Source: a virus. From it: DNA of 64,000 bases. The stretch covers positions 20,304 to 84,303 of the IMG/VR virus record IMGVR_UViG_3300032046_000014; one strand, written 5' to 3'. Of the stretch, positions 55,380 through 64,000 are shown one piece after another. Under the pieces are notes generated by a model that searched no databases, had not been told where the DNA came from, and was given only the letters and a program-made list of their open reading frames with translations. Every line of letters starts with the position of its first letter. The first letter of the stretch is position 1. Made by a program: the position numbers and the translations under genes.

Positions 55380-55574
55380 ATGAAAACTTTTGGAAAGAAG
55401 CCTGAGTCCTCCGCCCGCGCCCACGTCGTTGTCAGATGGTGGGAAGCTGGCAAGCTCAGGTACTTGACCGTTGGCACGGTGTATGCTGCACCTGCAGAAG
55501 TCGCCAAGTATCTTGAAGAGAAGCTTGCTGAACACTGGGGAAGCGGGGTGAACCACACCCCTACAGGTGCATGA
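55380..55574 (+). CDS. Hypothetical protein
   Basis: GGAGTGTGA RBS. Confidence 0.55.
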   Translation: MKTFGKKPESSARAHVVVRWWEAGKLRYLTVGTVYAAPAEVAKYLEEKLAEHWGSGVNHTPTGA

Positions 55575-55704
55575 CCTTGGCGACCCATTGTGACTGGTGC
55601 GGCAATGAGATTGAAGGAACTCCCATCAGAGCCTACGAAAAACGGGATGGCTGCTGCCTTGAACTTTCACGAAGCCCCATCAAAGGCGGCAAACCAATAG
55701 TCCT

Positions 55705-56046
55705 ATGCAGGAGGTGCGCAGAATGAAAAACCCGCAGCTTAAAATCTGGAACCTAAAAGCAGTTGAAACCGCACTGCGAAACAGAAGAAACAGCTCAACC
55801 GCCTACACCATAAGACAAGTGCTAGACCTCCTCTCCTCCAACTGGGACACCGCCATGACCCCTGAAGAGATACAGCTAAAGTTTGCTGAAGCACTCAACA
55901 ATGCAACAGACGAACTAGCCGAAGCACTCGCAGACTTCGACGCTTGCATTTCTCCAGACGAAGAAGCGTACGAGGCAATGCGAAGACACGTTGAAGAAGC
56001 ACAGAAGCATTTGCTGCCGCTCCTACAGGTGAAGAATCATGCCTGA
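55705..56046 (+). CDS. Hypothetical helical protein (true start probably 55723)
   Basis: GGAGGTG RBS. Confidence 0.55.
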   Translation: MQEVRRMKNPQLKIWNLKAVETALRNRRNSSTAYTIRQVLDLLSSNWDTAMTPEEIQLKFAEALNNATDELAEALADFDACISPDEEAYEAMRRHVEEAQKHLLPLLQVKNHA

Positions 56047-56167
56047 ACAATCCTGCCTAACCTGCAAACACAGGGGCGACTGTGAAGACACGGCTGAAAC
56101 GACAACCCACTGCATAGACTACGAACCTGACTACGAACCTGCAACAACAAACTACAGGTGAATCAGC

Positions 56168-56455
56168 ATGAGCGAAGAAGCCGTCAAGTTCAAGCCGCTT
56201 GAAGGCTACGTCTACTATCCTGAAGGCACACCTCGACAGGTAATCAGCGTTCTCCAACATGCCCGCGCCGAACACACGCGACTCCACCTCTGCTACGGCG
56301 ACCCAGCTACAGGTGAAGACTGGAACGAAATCTACGATTGCACGGGCATCATCGGCCGCACCACGGGCCCAGAGCCCATTCCCATCCTCCTCTACAACAA
56401 GCGCAGCCTCGGCGGAACAGCAGTCCTCACCAAAAACATCATCAAAATCACATGA
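56168..56455 (+). CDS. Conserved phage-type hypothetical protein
   Basis: YGDP.TG.DW.E...G.IGRTTG...IPILL...SLGG. Confidence 0.65.
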   Translation: MSEEAVKFKPLEGYVYYPEGTPRQVISVLQHARAEHTRLHLCYGDPATGEDWNEIYDCTGIIGRTTGPEPIPILLYNKRSLGGTAVLTKNIIKIT

Positions 56456-57250
56456 AACAAGGTACACCTACACTCGAACTCACAAAGAATCCCAAGGGGC
56501 ACATGGCAGGCCAACACACTCCACCTGCCAAGCCCCACAACCCAGAACAGTCGCCAACCATCCCTACCTACACCTGCACCAACAAACTCACCATCAAACA
56601 CTCACCATCCCTCACAACCACGCATGGGGTTTTGTGTTTAGTTTTTGTTGTTGTGTTGTGGTTGTGTTGGTTTTGTTGGTTGTTCTTGTAGGGGTTGTTC
56701 TTGTTGGGAAGGGTTGTGGTTTTGGTTGGTTGGTGTGTGTTGGTTTGTTTGTTGTTGTTTGTTTGGTGTTTTTCTTCTTGTTTGGGCGTAATGTTTATAG
56801 TTTTGTGTGTGGTGTTGTTCTTGTGGATGGTGTTTGATTGAAGCCGTTGATTTTTAGTGAGGAAGATTTTCGTCTTCGTCTTGTGGATGGGCATGAGGAG
56901 TATGATGTGTGTGAGGATAGGCGTATGTTGCATGTGGAGTTTTCTGGGGAGAAGAGTTTTTGGAAGATTGAGAAGGTTGTGGTGTTGGAGCAGAGCTTCA
57001 CGGTTATGCTTTCACGGGTGAAGAGGGAAGAGGAGAAGGGAAGGGATGGATAGTGCTCGTAGGCTTGAGTTGCTTTGTGTTGTTGTTGTTTGTTTGGAGC
57101 GTAGGTGTAGTCCGAATGTGGTTTTGGAGAGGCTGCTTGGGTTGCAGGTGAAGGGAGAAGAGCTTGTGGAGGTTGCCGCTGCGGCTTCGGCTTTGCTGTT
57201 TGACCAGTTGGAAGTGGAGTATGGTGGCAGGTGGGCGGCGGAGGCGCGGG
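56455..57250. other. AC-rich to GT-rich compositional switch element 2 (centre about 56622)
   Basis: Same architecture as element 1; GT bias decays through the downstream genes. Confidence 0.6.
56838..57053 (+). CDS. Hypothetical protein with GT-shifted codon usage
   Basis: Normal amino-acid composition; chained overlap with the next genes. Confidence 0.45.
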   Translation: MKPLIFSEEDFRLRLVDGHEEYDVCEDRRMLHVEFSGEKSFWKIEKVVVLEQSFTVMLSRVKREEEKGRDG

Positions 57251-57297
57251 AACGGGCAAGAGCGTTAGTTGCAGGTGTAGGAAGTGAACAGGGATGA
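57046..57297 (+). CDS. Hypothetical protein with GT-shifted codon usage
   Basis: Overlapping start/stop chain. Confidence 0.45.
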   Translation: MDSARRLELLCVVVVCLERRCSPNVVLERLLGLQVKGEELVEVAAAASALLFDQLEVEYGGRWAAEARERARALVAGVGSEQG

Positions 57298-57560
57298 TGC
57301 AGGATAGGCCAGTTGACGAGCGTTTGAAGGAGATGTTGGATAGGGTAGAAGCGGCGGCGAAGAGACTTAGAAAATGGAAGCGGAGAAACATTGTAAGGGG
57401 ATGGCATCCGACTAAAGAGAAGTGCAGCGAATGCAGCAGGCCGCTCCCGTACAACAATGATAGGAAACGAAGCCTTTGTAACCCGTGCAGCGCAAGAAGA
57501 CAAAGCCGCTTGAACAGGCAGAAGCACCTGCAACAAAAGGAGAGAGAAAACCAAGCGTAA
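57294..57560 (+). CDS. Basic zinc-finger protein
   Basis: CSEC...CNPC. Confidence 0.6.
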   Translation: MMQDRPVDERLKEMLDRVEAAAKRLRKWKRRNIVRGWHPTKEKCSECSRPLPYNNDRKRSLCNPCSARRQSRLNRQKHLQQKERENQA

Positions 57561-57611
57561 CTCGTTTGGCAGCAACGGAGCCGCTGGGCACAAGTGAGTG
57601 CCGAAAAAGAG
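57551..57611 (+). ncRNA. Three-hairpin RNA motif, copy B
   Basis: Homologous to 50787..50847. Confidence 0.7.
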
Positions 57612-57643
57612 CTCCCTCTAAAAATGTGAGGTGCAACGAAAAA

Positions 57644-58519
57644 ATGAAGTTAAGGTACGGCGAATTTGAAGCCGAAGTTTCAAAAGACCTTTTAGACGTG
57701 AACAAACTGGGTGATCAGCCAGTAATAATTGAACTGGTCAAAAACCACGCGGAAATCTGCAGCAAATGCCCACAGCACGTTGACTGCAAACAGTTTCCAT
57801 GGTGCAGCCAGATACAGGTGAAAGAGTGGCAAGTGCCCCTGTACCCTAACGGCGTAGCCCCTGATGAGCATGGCAAGCCTAAGACGGTGTGGCGTAAGGG
57901 CGACATCTGCACGTGCCACAGCAACGCGCGCGTAGTCATCGCAGACGGCAAACCACGTGAAGTGTTTGCTGAAGACGTGCAAGGCTACGAAGTCCTGCCC
58001 GACGGCAACGGCGGAGTACGCTTAGAAGTTAGGGTGCCCTTCATGGAAAGCACAAGCACACTGGACATCGGCGACTCTGACCTATATCCTGCAGGTGTAG
58101 CAACCAATTTTCTGCAGGAAAAGAACTATGAACTGTACGCGAAGCCCATCAAGAAACAGGCGGACAGCATCCGCAACGAACGCCGATTCTACGAGCTGGT
58201 TAAGAAGCTGTTCGAGAAGCATGTGGTCGTTGTGAAGACGGGGTTCGTGTTCAAAAGCGGAGTCTACGTCAGCTGGGCAGTAGTGCTGGAGCCAATCATC
58301 TTTGAGGACGGCAGCTATGACCTTCACATGTTCACCACCAAATGCAATTTGGTGTGGCAGCATCGACGGCCAGTTCCGCCCGAAGCAACTGCACCTGCAG
58401 AAGCATCAACAGTCAACAACCTGAAGGCGCTGAGCAGCTTCTTGGAACACGCTAAAACCGCGAAGGCCACCACGCCAATCGCGGCTTCTCCGCCACTCCA
58501 ACTCCAACAGAACCAGTAA
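57644..58519 (+). CDS. Divergent Ku-like DNA end-binding protein with Cys-rich insertion
   Basis: LRYGEFEAEV, EDVQGYE, EKNYELY, RFYELVKKL, GFVFKSG..AVVLEP, LHMFT parallel the prokaryotic Ku core. Confidence 0.55.
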   Translation: MKLRYGEFEAEVSKDLLDVNKLGDQPVIIELVKNHAEICSKCPQHVDCKQFPWCSQIQVKEWQVPLYPNGVAPDEHGKPKTVWRKGDICTCHSNARVVIADGKPREVFAEDVQGYEVLPDGNGGVRLEVRVPFMESTSTLDIGDSDLYPAGVATNFLQEKNYELYAKPIKKQADSIRNERRFYELVKKLFEKHVVVVKTGFVFKSGVYVSWAVVLEPIIFEDGSYDLHMFTTKCNLVWQHRRPVPPEATAPAEASTVNNLKALSSFLEHAKTAKATTPIAASPPLQLQQNQ

Positions 58520-58543
58520 CCCCAAGGCTACAGGTGAAAGAAG

Positions 58544-58765
58544 ATGGTGACTAAAGCAGTGAAGATAGTGACCGAATGGGTTGACGGCGGAGTAATCGCG
58601 GACGCACTTGCCGAGAACCTGAAGATACGCGGCGTACCCGCCTCCGTCAACAACATGAAAGGCTTATGGCTGGCCACCTTAGAAAGCCTACCCAGAATGT
58701 TCGACGATGTTCCCGACGAAAGAATCATCAGGGAAGCCCAGAAGCTACAGGTGAAGAAGCCATGA
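58544..58765 (+). CDS. Hypothetical protein
   Basis: CTACAGGTGA RBS. Confidence 0.55.
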   Translation: MVTKAVKIVTEWVDGGVIADALAENLKIRGVPASVNNMKGLWLATLESLPRMFDDVPDERIIREAQKLQVKKP

Positions 58766-59142
58766 TCATCTACGTTGTAACCCACGTCAGCGCAGGAATC
58801 CATCAGGGAATTCACGCCTTCAGCAAGAAGAAAGACGCAGACGCTTACGAGAAGTATCTCTGCCAACAAAACAGTGTACCCTATGAAGCCGCAGCCCGCG
58901 ACCAATACTACGAAGAGAACGAAGTTGACGACGATATTATCCAGTGGACAGTGGAAGTAGACCAGCTCCTACAGGACAGCATGCCCCACCTCAAAACCAA
59001 AGTAAAGAAGACTGGCACAACGATCGAGGTCATTGACTACGGCGAAAATTTTGTTCCCCGCTACTGGTCAAAACCAAACCGACAAGGAGTAAGCCATGGA
59101 TACCAGCCTGACAAGCTGGAACTACAGGTGAAGAACCCATGA
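58762..59142 (+). CDS. Hypothetical protein
   Basis: CTACAGGTGA RBS before ATG 58762. Confidence 0.55.
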   Translation: MIIYVVTHVSAGIHQGIHAFSKKKDADAYEKYLCQQNSVPYEAAARDQYYEENEVDDDIIQWTVEVDQLLQDSMPHLKTKVKKTGTTIEVIDYGENFVPRYWSKPNRQGVSHGYQPDKLELQVKNP

Positions 59143-59597
59143 CAACCGTTGAAGCTCTCATCAAACGGCTCCAAGAAGACTACAAGCCAACAACAATGTT
59201 GGCTGTGGCCATGTGGGGAATAGAGGATGTGCAAAGCCGCGCCAAAGAACGGCGCATCTACCTGTCGAAAGCAGCAGCCCAAAACATCATCGACTACATC
59301 GACAATGAGCAAGATGCGACACAGGGCATCAACTGGGACACGCTGGACTGTGCAACGGACAAGTATCTTGACGACCATCCACAGGTGCAGTACGTCTGCC
59401 CCGACTGCAGTTGGACAGTGAAAAGCAGAGCTCGCCGAATCAGGTGCAGCCATTGCGGCAGCCTCAACCTTGAACGCAAACTAGAGGACGGCAGACTCAT
59501 CAAGGCAGACGCGGACGAGAACACGCCTGAAGGACAGAAGCTCATTCATAAGGACGGAGAACCAACCTTTTGGCAGAAGGAAGGAAGTAAACAATGA
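59139..59597 (+). CDS. Hypothetical protein with zinc ribbon
   Basis: W.IEDV...GINWDT; CPDC/CSHC. Confidence 0.6.
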   Translation: MTTVEALIKRLQEDYKPTTMLAVAMWGIEDVQSRAKERRIYLSKAAAQNIIDYIDNEQDATQGINWDTLDCATDKYLDDHPQVQYVCPDCSWTVKSRARRIRCSHCGSLNLERKLEDGRLIKADADENTPEGQKLIHKDGEPTFWQKEGSKQ

Positions 59598-60004
59598 CAA
59601 GTCTCGCAAGACAGTTTGAAGAATGGATGGTTAACGAACGCAGCATGGACAAGGACGAAATAACGGCCGTGTGGTTCAGACAACACGAAGGCTGCTATCC
59701 CGAAGGCTATCTCAAAGACGAAATAAGCATCAACATCATCGACAAATTCTATTACCCAATAGACTTTCTGCTGGAACTGGTTGAACGACAAATCCCAAAC
59801 CTACACCTGAAAACACGAGTCAACGTCATGCCCAGTCTGGAAGACACCACCTACGCAGTGGCCTACGTCATAGACGGACAAGTGCTCTTGGAGGAACAGG
59901 CCAAATGCTGGGGCTTCAAATTCTCGAACCGAAGAGAGTTTACCCAGTGGGCTAAGACGACACTGAAGTATATGCTGAAGGCAGCCACAGGTGAAGCGTC
60001 ATGA
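59594..60004 (+). CDS. Hypothetical protein
   Basis: 136-aa ORF in the operon chain. Confidence 0.55.
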   Translation: MTSLARQFEEWMVNERSMDKDEITAVWFRQHEGCYPEGYLKDEISINIIDKFYYPIDFLLELVERQIPNLHLKTRVNVMPSLEDTTYAVAYVIDGQVLLEEQAKCWGFKFSNRREFTQWAKTTLKYMLKAATGEAS

Positions 60005-60216
60005 AAGAGAAGCGCAAAGTCCTCGGCTCAGACCTTATCCTCAAAGCAAACTGGACAGAGGAAGCAACACCCCAGCTTGAGAGCGTAAGCCTCCAGCCGA
60101 ACAGCATCAAACCCGCAGACATTCCAGAAGTAATTGACATCCTGCAAAGCATCTACCGCGACTACACAGTGCAAGTTGGAACCAAGGCACGCAGAACTAC
60201 AGGTGAAGCGCCATGA
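60001..60216 (+). CDS. Hypothetical protein
   Basis: CCACAGGTGA RBS. Confidence 0.5.
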   Translation: MKEKRKVLGSDLILKANWTEEATPQLESVSLQPNSIKPADIPEVIDILQSIYRDYTVQVGTKARRTTGEAP

Positions 60217-60382
60217 GCGTGCACACCGAAGAAGAACTGAAGGCAATGCCGAAGCATCCGAAGATAAAGGCAGTCAAGAAGGCTCTGGACAACCTAGTCG
60301 GACAGAAGATTTCTTACCCGATTATTCTTGAGATACAGCATGAAGTAGACGCTCTCTCGAAGAAACTGGAGAAGCTGGGCTA

Positions 60383-60577
60383 TTGATGAAATACAATTTC
60401 CCACCTGAAAAAGAATCGATCAACATGACTGAAGCAAGAAAAATACCGCATGAAGTAAGACGAATAGAGGAACATATCGAGTACATACGTTCTGAAATAG
60501 AAATGTATGAACGGTGTGTACTTGAACCGCGCACTTCAAACGCGCGCGTAAAGCGGAGGAATCCTGATGACGTTTGA
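60383..60577 (+). CDS. Small coiled-coil protein
   Basis: 64-aa ORF in the operon chain. Confidence 0.45.
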   Translation: MMKYNFPPEKESINMTEARKIPHEVRRIEEHIEYIRSEIEMYERCVLEPRTSNARVKRRNPDDV

Positions 60578-60730
60578 AGTAGCAATGTATGCGAAGCGGC
60601 CTTCAGGCCACAAGATCCTGATCGTCCGCGCCGAGTTCTCATGTGAAGGCGAAGCAGCCATCAAGAAAGAGTTCGGAGCTCTCATTCAGAAGTATGCAGC
60701 TGTAGCCACAATCAAGAGGGGACTTGCAAC

Positions 60731-61702
60731 ATGACAAGCAAAGAGAACGTGATGCTCGGCATCGACGGTTCACTCACGGATCTGCACTCTCATCCTGACA
60801 TGTACTGGCAAGCTAAGTGGGACGGGTATCGCGGCAAACTCGTATTCCAAAATGGCCACGTCAGCGTACTCAATAGAAACGGCAGCGATGAATGGACGCC
60901 GCGACTGCCAGACGTCGTTGAAGGATTGCAGCAGTTCGCAACTGCTACAGGTGCAGCAAGATTCACCCTCGACGCAGAACTCGTCGTTTTCCAAGAGGGC
61001 CACAGCAGCCTCAGCGCCATAGCGAGCAGATGCAAAACTCAGAACCTACAGATGATACAGCTGAAACTACGCAGACTCTACCCAGTGGACGTCATGCTCT
61101 TCGACATCATCGAATGGGACGACCAGCGCCTCGAGAGCGACCCGCTCATGAACAGGCACAACCTCCTAACATCACTCTACAGCACATACAGCAAAGCAGT
61201 TGCAGGCCAGCCTAAACATGTTCAGCTTACCCCGAACTATCTTGATGTGGACACGGCGTGGAACGAGTGGGTTGTCAAGCGGCATGAAGAAGGACTCATG
61301 GCCAAAGATCCTATGAGTCCATACGTGTATGAGCGGAGCTCCAGCTGGCTTAAGGTCAAGATACGGGACAGCGGCACCTTTCATGTGGTCGGCTACACGG
61401 CGGGCGATGGGAACCGCAGCGACACGTTCGGCGCTTTGATTCTGGCTGACGATGTAGGTGTATGCAGAGGACGATGCGGCGGAGGCTTCAGCTGGGCAGC
61501 ACAGGACAGCACCGCACGCCAGATCCTCCAAGCGTTACGGCAGGCGCCGGTAATCAACCCGCCATTCTCAGAAGCCGAGGTTGGATTGCCCTACACTGCT
61601 GTCGACACGAAGATGCAGGTGAAGGTAGCTTTCCTGAAAACGTTCAATGGGTCCAGCAAGCTTCGAAGCCCACAACTAATAGACTGGTGGATACCACAAT
61701 GA
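60731..61702 (+). CDS. lig: Minimal ATP-dependent DNA ligase (LigD/LigC-like)
   Basis: KWDGYR, LDAELV, FDII, EGLMAK, WLKVK, FGALIL. Confidence 0.92.
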   Translation: MTSKENVMLGIDGSLTDLHSHPDMYWQAKWDGYRGKLVFQNGHVSVLNRNGSDEWTPRLPDVVEGLQQFATATGAARFTLDAELVVFQEGHSSLSAIASRCKTQNLQMIQLKLRRLYPVDVMLFDIIEWDDQRLESDPLMNRHNLLTSLYSTYSKAVAGQPKHVQLTPNYLDVDTAWNEWVVKRHEEGLMAKDPMSPYVYERSSSWLKVKIRDSGTFHVVGYTAGDGNRSDTFGALILADDVGVCRGRCGGGFSWAAQDSTARQILQALRQAPVINPPFSEAEVGLPYTAVDTKMQVKVAFLKTFNGSSKLRSPQLIDWWIPQ

Positions 61703-62070
61703 GCGACCCGCTAACACTGCAGGAATGTAACAAGCTGGAGGCTTGGCTTGAAACAATCAAGCCTGAAGATGCAGCTGTAGCCAGGGACATATGGAACATG
61801 TTTGCAGCATTGATGGATGGACAGACGATGTCTGCCGAATACGCTGCCCCCTTATTGAAAAGAACGAAGGGACTTCTCACGCGCATGGGCGACACCGTTA
61901 CCGCGAAGTATGTTGAATGGGTGAGACTGAAAGAAGGCGATGCTCAAGCGTCCGAATGGGACAACATCCGCAACCTCCTTCACCTGATCTTTGAACCCAA
62001 GAGCGGCGGCGGCTGGAGCTGGGCCGAAATCAGACGCGGCAAATATAAAGACAATCGGGGGCGAGTTTGA
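61699..62070 (+). CDS. Hypothetical protein
   Basis: ATG 61699 overlaps the ligase stop. Confidence 0.55.
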   Translation: MSDPLTLQECNKLEAWLETIKPEDAAVARDIWNMFAALMDGQTMSAEYAAPLLKRTKGLLTRMGDTVTAKYVEWVRLKEGDAQASEWDNIRNLLHLIFEPKSGGGWSWAEIRRGKYKDNRGRV

Positions 62071-62255
62071 TGGGAAAATGGGCAAACAAGATCGTGACCA
62101 AACGACACCCAAAGTACGGCTGGCCAACAGAACATCATTGGGCATGCTCAAAATGCGGCAAAGAATACGAAGACCAATCTGACGCGATGAACTGCTGCGG
62201 CAAAGAAAAAGGGTTGCCGTGGCTGGAAAGAAGCGAACATGATGGAGGCATATAA
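62067..62255 (+). CDS. Small zinc-finger protein
   Basis: CSKCG...CC. Confidence 0.55.
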   Translation: MMGKWANKIVTKRHPKYGWPTEHHWACSKCGKEYEDQSDAMNCCGKEKGLPWLERSEHDGGI

Positions 62256-63209
62256 ATGGTAAGCCGCATACTTGATCCGCACCTATTGACCATGGATGTA
62301 CCAACAGACCTTCTCTACACGCCACTTGAAACGGAAGACAAAATCATCCTAGACCTGGGAGACGTCGAAGGCGACACATCCCCCGCTGCACCTGTACCAC
62401 TGCTCATCTTGGATGTGCCCTGCGGAGCCGGTGGAATCAGCCTCGGAATGAAGGAAGCTTTCTGCCGCACTGAACCCAGAATGGATGATTGGCATGAACT
62501 TCGACGCAGGACACGGCCGAAATATGATGAGACAAAAGCAACTTTCATCGGCGTTGACTTTGACCGAAACTGCTGCCAAACATATCAGATTAACAGAGTT
62601 GGTCAAGCGATAAGAGCAGACATGGCGCACCTGCCATTCAGGGACGGGATAGTGTTTGACTTCATCGTCGGCGGCCCACCATGCCAAGGCTTCAGCACAA
62701 TCAACACAAAAGCCCGAACGAAGAAAAGGGCGGACTCCACTTATGAAGATCCGCGTAATAATCTCAGCTATATCTTCGCTGATATAGTTAAGATATATCA
62801 GCCTGCCTACTTCATGTTTGAAAACGTGCCTGGCATACGAAGCTGGGACAAGGGCGAAATCTTCAAGCACCTGCACTGGCTCTTCCACAAGGCAGGATAC
62901 CATTATGAATGGCGCCTCACAAACTACGTGCACTACGGCATCCCACAGTCGAGAAACCGCGTCATAATTCTCGGCTGGATGCCGGGAATGCCACGATGGA
63001 TTTTTCCAGAGCCCACAAACTACTGTCCAACATGGAAAGAGAAGGGCTACTGTATGGAATGCGGCGGCTACATGATCAGAGATCTAGTCCGCAACTACAC
63101 TCGGAACCATCCGAAGCAGACGCGGCAGACCCAACTGCCCAATTTTGCAGGTACAGCTGCAGGTGTATCACAGTCTTACCCATTATCAAAAGGTAAGCAG
63201 GGGAGGTGA
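62256..63209 (+). CDS. DNA cytosine-C5 methyltransferase (motifs IX-X not evident)
   Basis: PCGAGG, GGPPCQGFS, FENV, PQSRNRV. Confidence 0.85.
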   Translation: MVSRILDPHLLTMDVPTDLLYTPLETEDKIILDLGDVEGDTSPAAPVPLLILDVPCGAGGISLGMKEAFCRTEPRMDDWHELRRRTRPKYDETKATFIGVDFDRNCCQTYQINRVGQAIRADMAHLPFRDGIVFDFIVGGPPCQGFSTINTKARTKKRADSTYEDPRNNLSYIFADIVKIYQPAYFMFENVPGIRSWDKGEIFKHLHWLFHKAGYHYEWRLTNYVHYGIPQSRNRVIILGWMPGMPRWIFPEPTNYCPTWKEKGYCMECGGYMIRDLVRNYTRNHPKQTRQTQLPNFAGTAAGVSQSYPLSKGKQGR

Positions 63210-63216
63210 AAAGAAT

Positions 63217-64000
63217 ATGGAAAAATCTAAGAAAGTAAAGAAGAGCAAGAAACAAGGAATATCACTCAGCAAAAGATCAATAGCAGCTCTGGTCATCGCC
63301 TGTCTTGGCATGGCATTCTTGGGCAGCTACATTTTTGCAGCTGTATTTCTGCCAGTCGGTATTGTCCAGCCGCTTTCAGGCGGAGGCAGAATCATCGTGC
63401 CAGCAATCCTCGACGTCTATCCGACACAGATAGAATGGGGCAGAATCAAACTGGACCAACCGCTTACCGCAAGCGACAGCCAAACGATACAGGTGAAGAA
63501 CAAGGGCCTCGTTCCATTACGGCTTCAAGCATTCGCAGTTGACAACACCGTAACTCCAGACTGGCTCCAGCAAGACTATTACTATCTGCTCGCCTGGACC
63601 GCAGACGGCTTCGTTCTCGGCGCACATGAAACAATCAACTCAACGTTCAAACTGCTGCTCAGAGGCTACGACATACAAGACTACATGATAAGCCACAACA
63701 TGACTTCACAGCAGGGAATCGGCGAATTCGACTTCAGCTTCGACATCAAAATGGATGCGGCCACACCGCAAAGCAACAGCACCCTCGTACAATACTGCAG
63801 CAACCTAGACTATGACGCTGCCCTACTCATAGCGGACAACCAGAGTCTGCCATTGATCAGAGGACTAAACAAAGTGTTCGGAATCAAAGATCCCGCAGTC
63901 TACGACCCATTATATGACACGAACAACATCATAGCATTAGGCGGCTGGATTACCAACCCCTACGTTGCCTATTATTTCACGGAGTACCATGTTGAGAACG
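63217..64000 (+). CDS. Membrane-anchored surface protein, runs off the window
   Basis: Not in the track; GGAGGTGA RBS; basic N-terminus plus TM helix; IEWG..VKNKG..LLAW like 4636..5235. Confidence 0.7.
   Translation, partial: MEKSKKVKKSKKQGISLSKRSIAALVIACLGMAFLGSYIFAAVFLPVGIVQPLSGGGRIIVPAILDVYPTQIEWGRIKLDQPLTASDSQTIQVKNKGLVPLRLQAFAVDNTVTPDWLQQDYYYLLAWTADGFVLGAHETINSTFKLLLRGYDIQDYMISHNMTSQQGIGEFDFSFDIKMDAATPQSNSTLVQYCSNLDYDAALLIADNQSLPLIRGLNKVFGIKDPAVYDPLYDTNNIIALGGWITNPYVAYYFTEYHVEN

Larger units (their letters stand above)
1..64000. mobile_element. Archaeal tailed virus/provirus genome segment (Caudoviricetes, siphovirus-like)
   Basis: Complete terminase-portal-protease-capsid-tail gene set; BHB-intron tRNAs; no host housekeeping genes; no integrase or att site seen in the window. 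Confidence 0.95.

Noticed and set aside
56259-57457. ORFs 56259..56837, 56338..56691, 56568..56933 and 56795..57457
   Set aside because: Low-complexity or antisense shadows of the second skew element

Overview
The whole 64 kb window is part of a head-tailed (Caudoviricetes, siphovirus-like, no sheath gene seen) virus or provirus of an archaeon. Archaeal evidence: tRNAs with bulge-helix-bulge (BHB) introns, BRE/TATA promoters and GGAGGTGA ribosome-binding sites. Two surface proteins resemble families I associate with Bathyarchaeia, which is inference only. The left two thirds (mostly minus strand) are morphogenesis genes: terminase subunits, portal, a 1689-aa multi-enzyme polyprotein in the minor-head slot, prohead protease/scaffold, HK97-type capsid, tail tube, frameshifted tail chaperone, tape measure, hub and fibre. 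A tRNA/ncRNA island lies at 42.6-43.8 kb. The right third (plus strand) is an early-type operon with a collagen-like protein, AAA+ module, Ku-like protein, ATP-dependent DNA ligase and C5 methyltransferase. The most striking unannotated signals are: (1) the early operon is punctuated by self-cleaving ribozymes, one variant hammerhead and two HDV-like ribozymes that bracket the collagen gene, together with a 325-nt closed multi-hairpin RNA and a repeated covarying RNA motif; (2) a probably virion-packaged, protease-processed nucleic-acid end-repair polyprotein (ASCH, HAD phosphatase, ligase, MBL hydrolase, LigD-like phosphoesterase) plus Ku and a second ligase; (3) two extreme AC-to-GT compositional switch points. 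All calls come from manual motif reading and base-pairing; no searches or folding programs were run.
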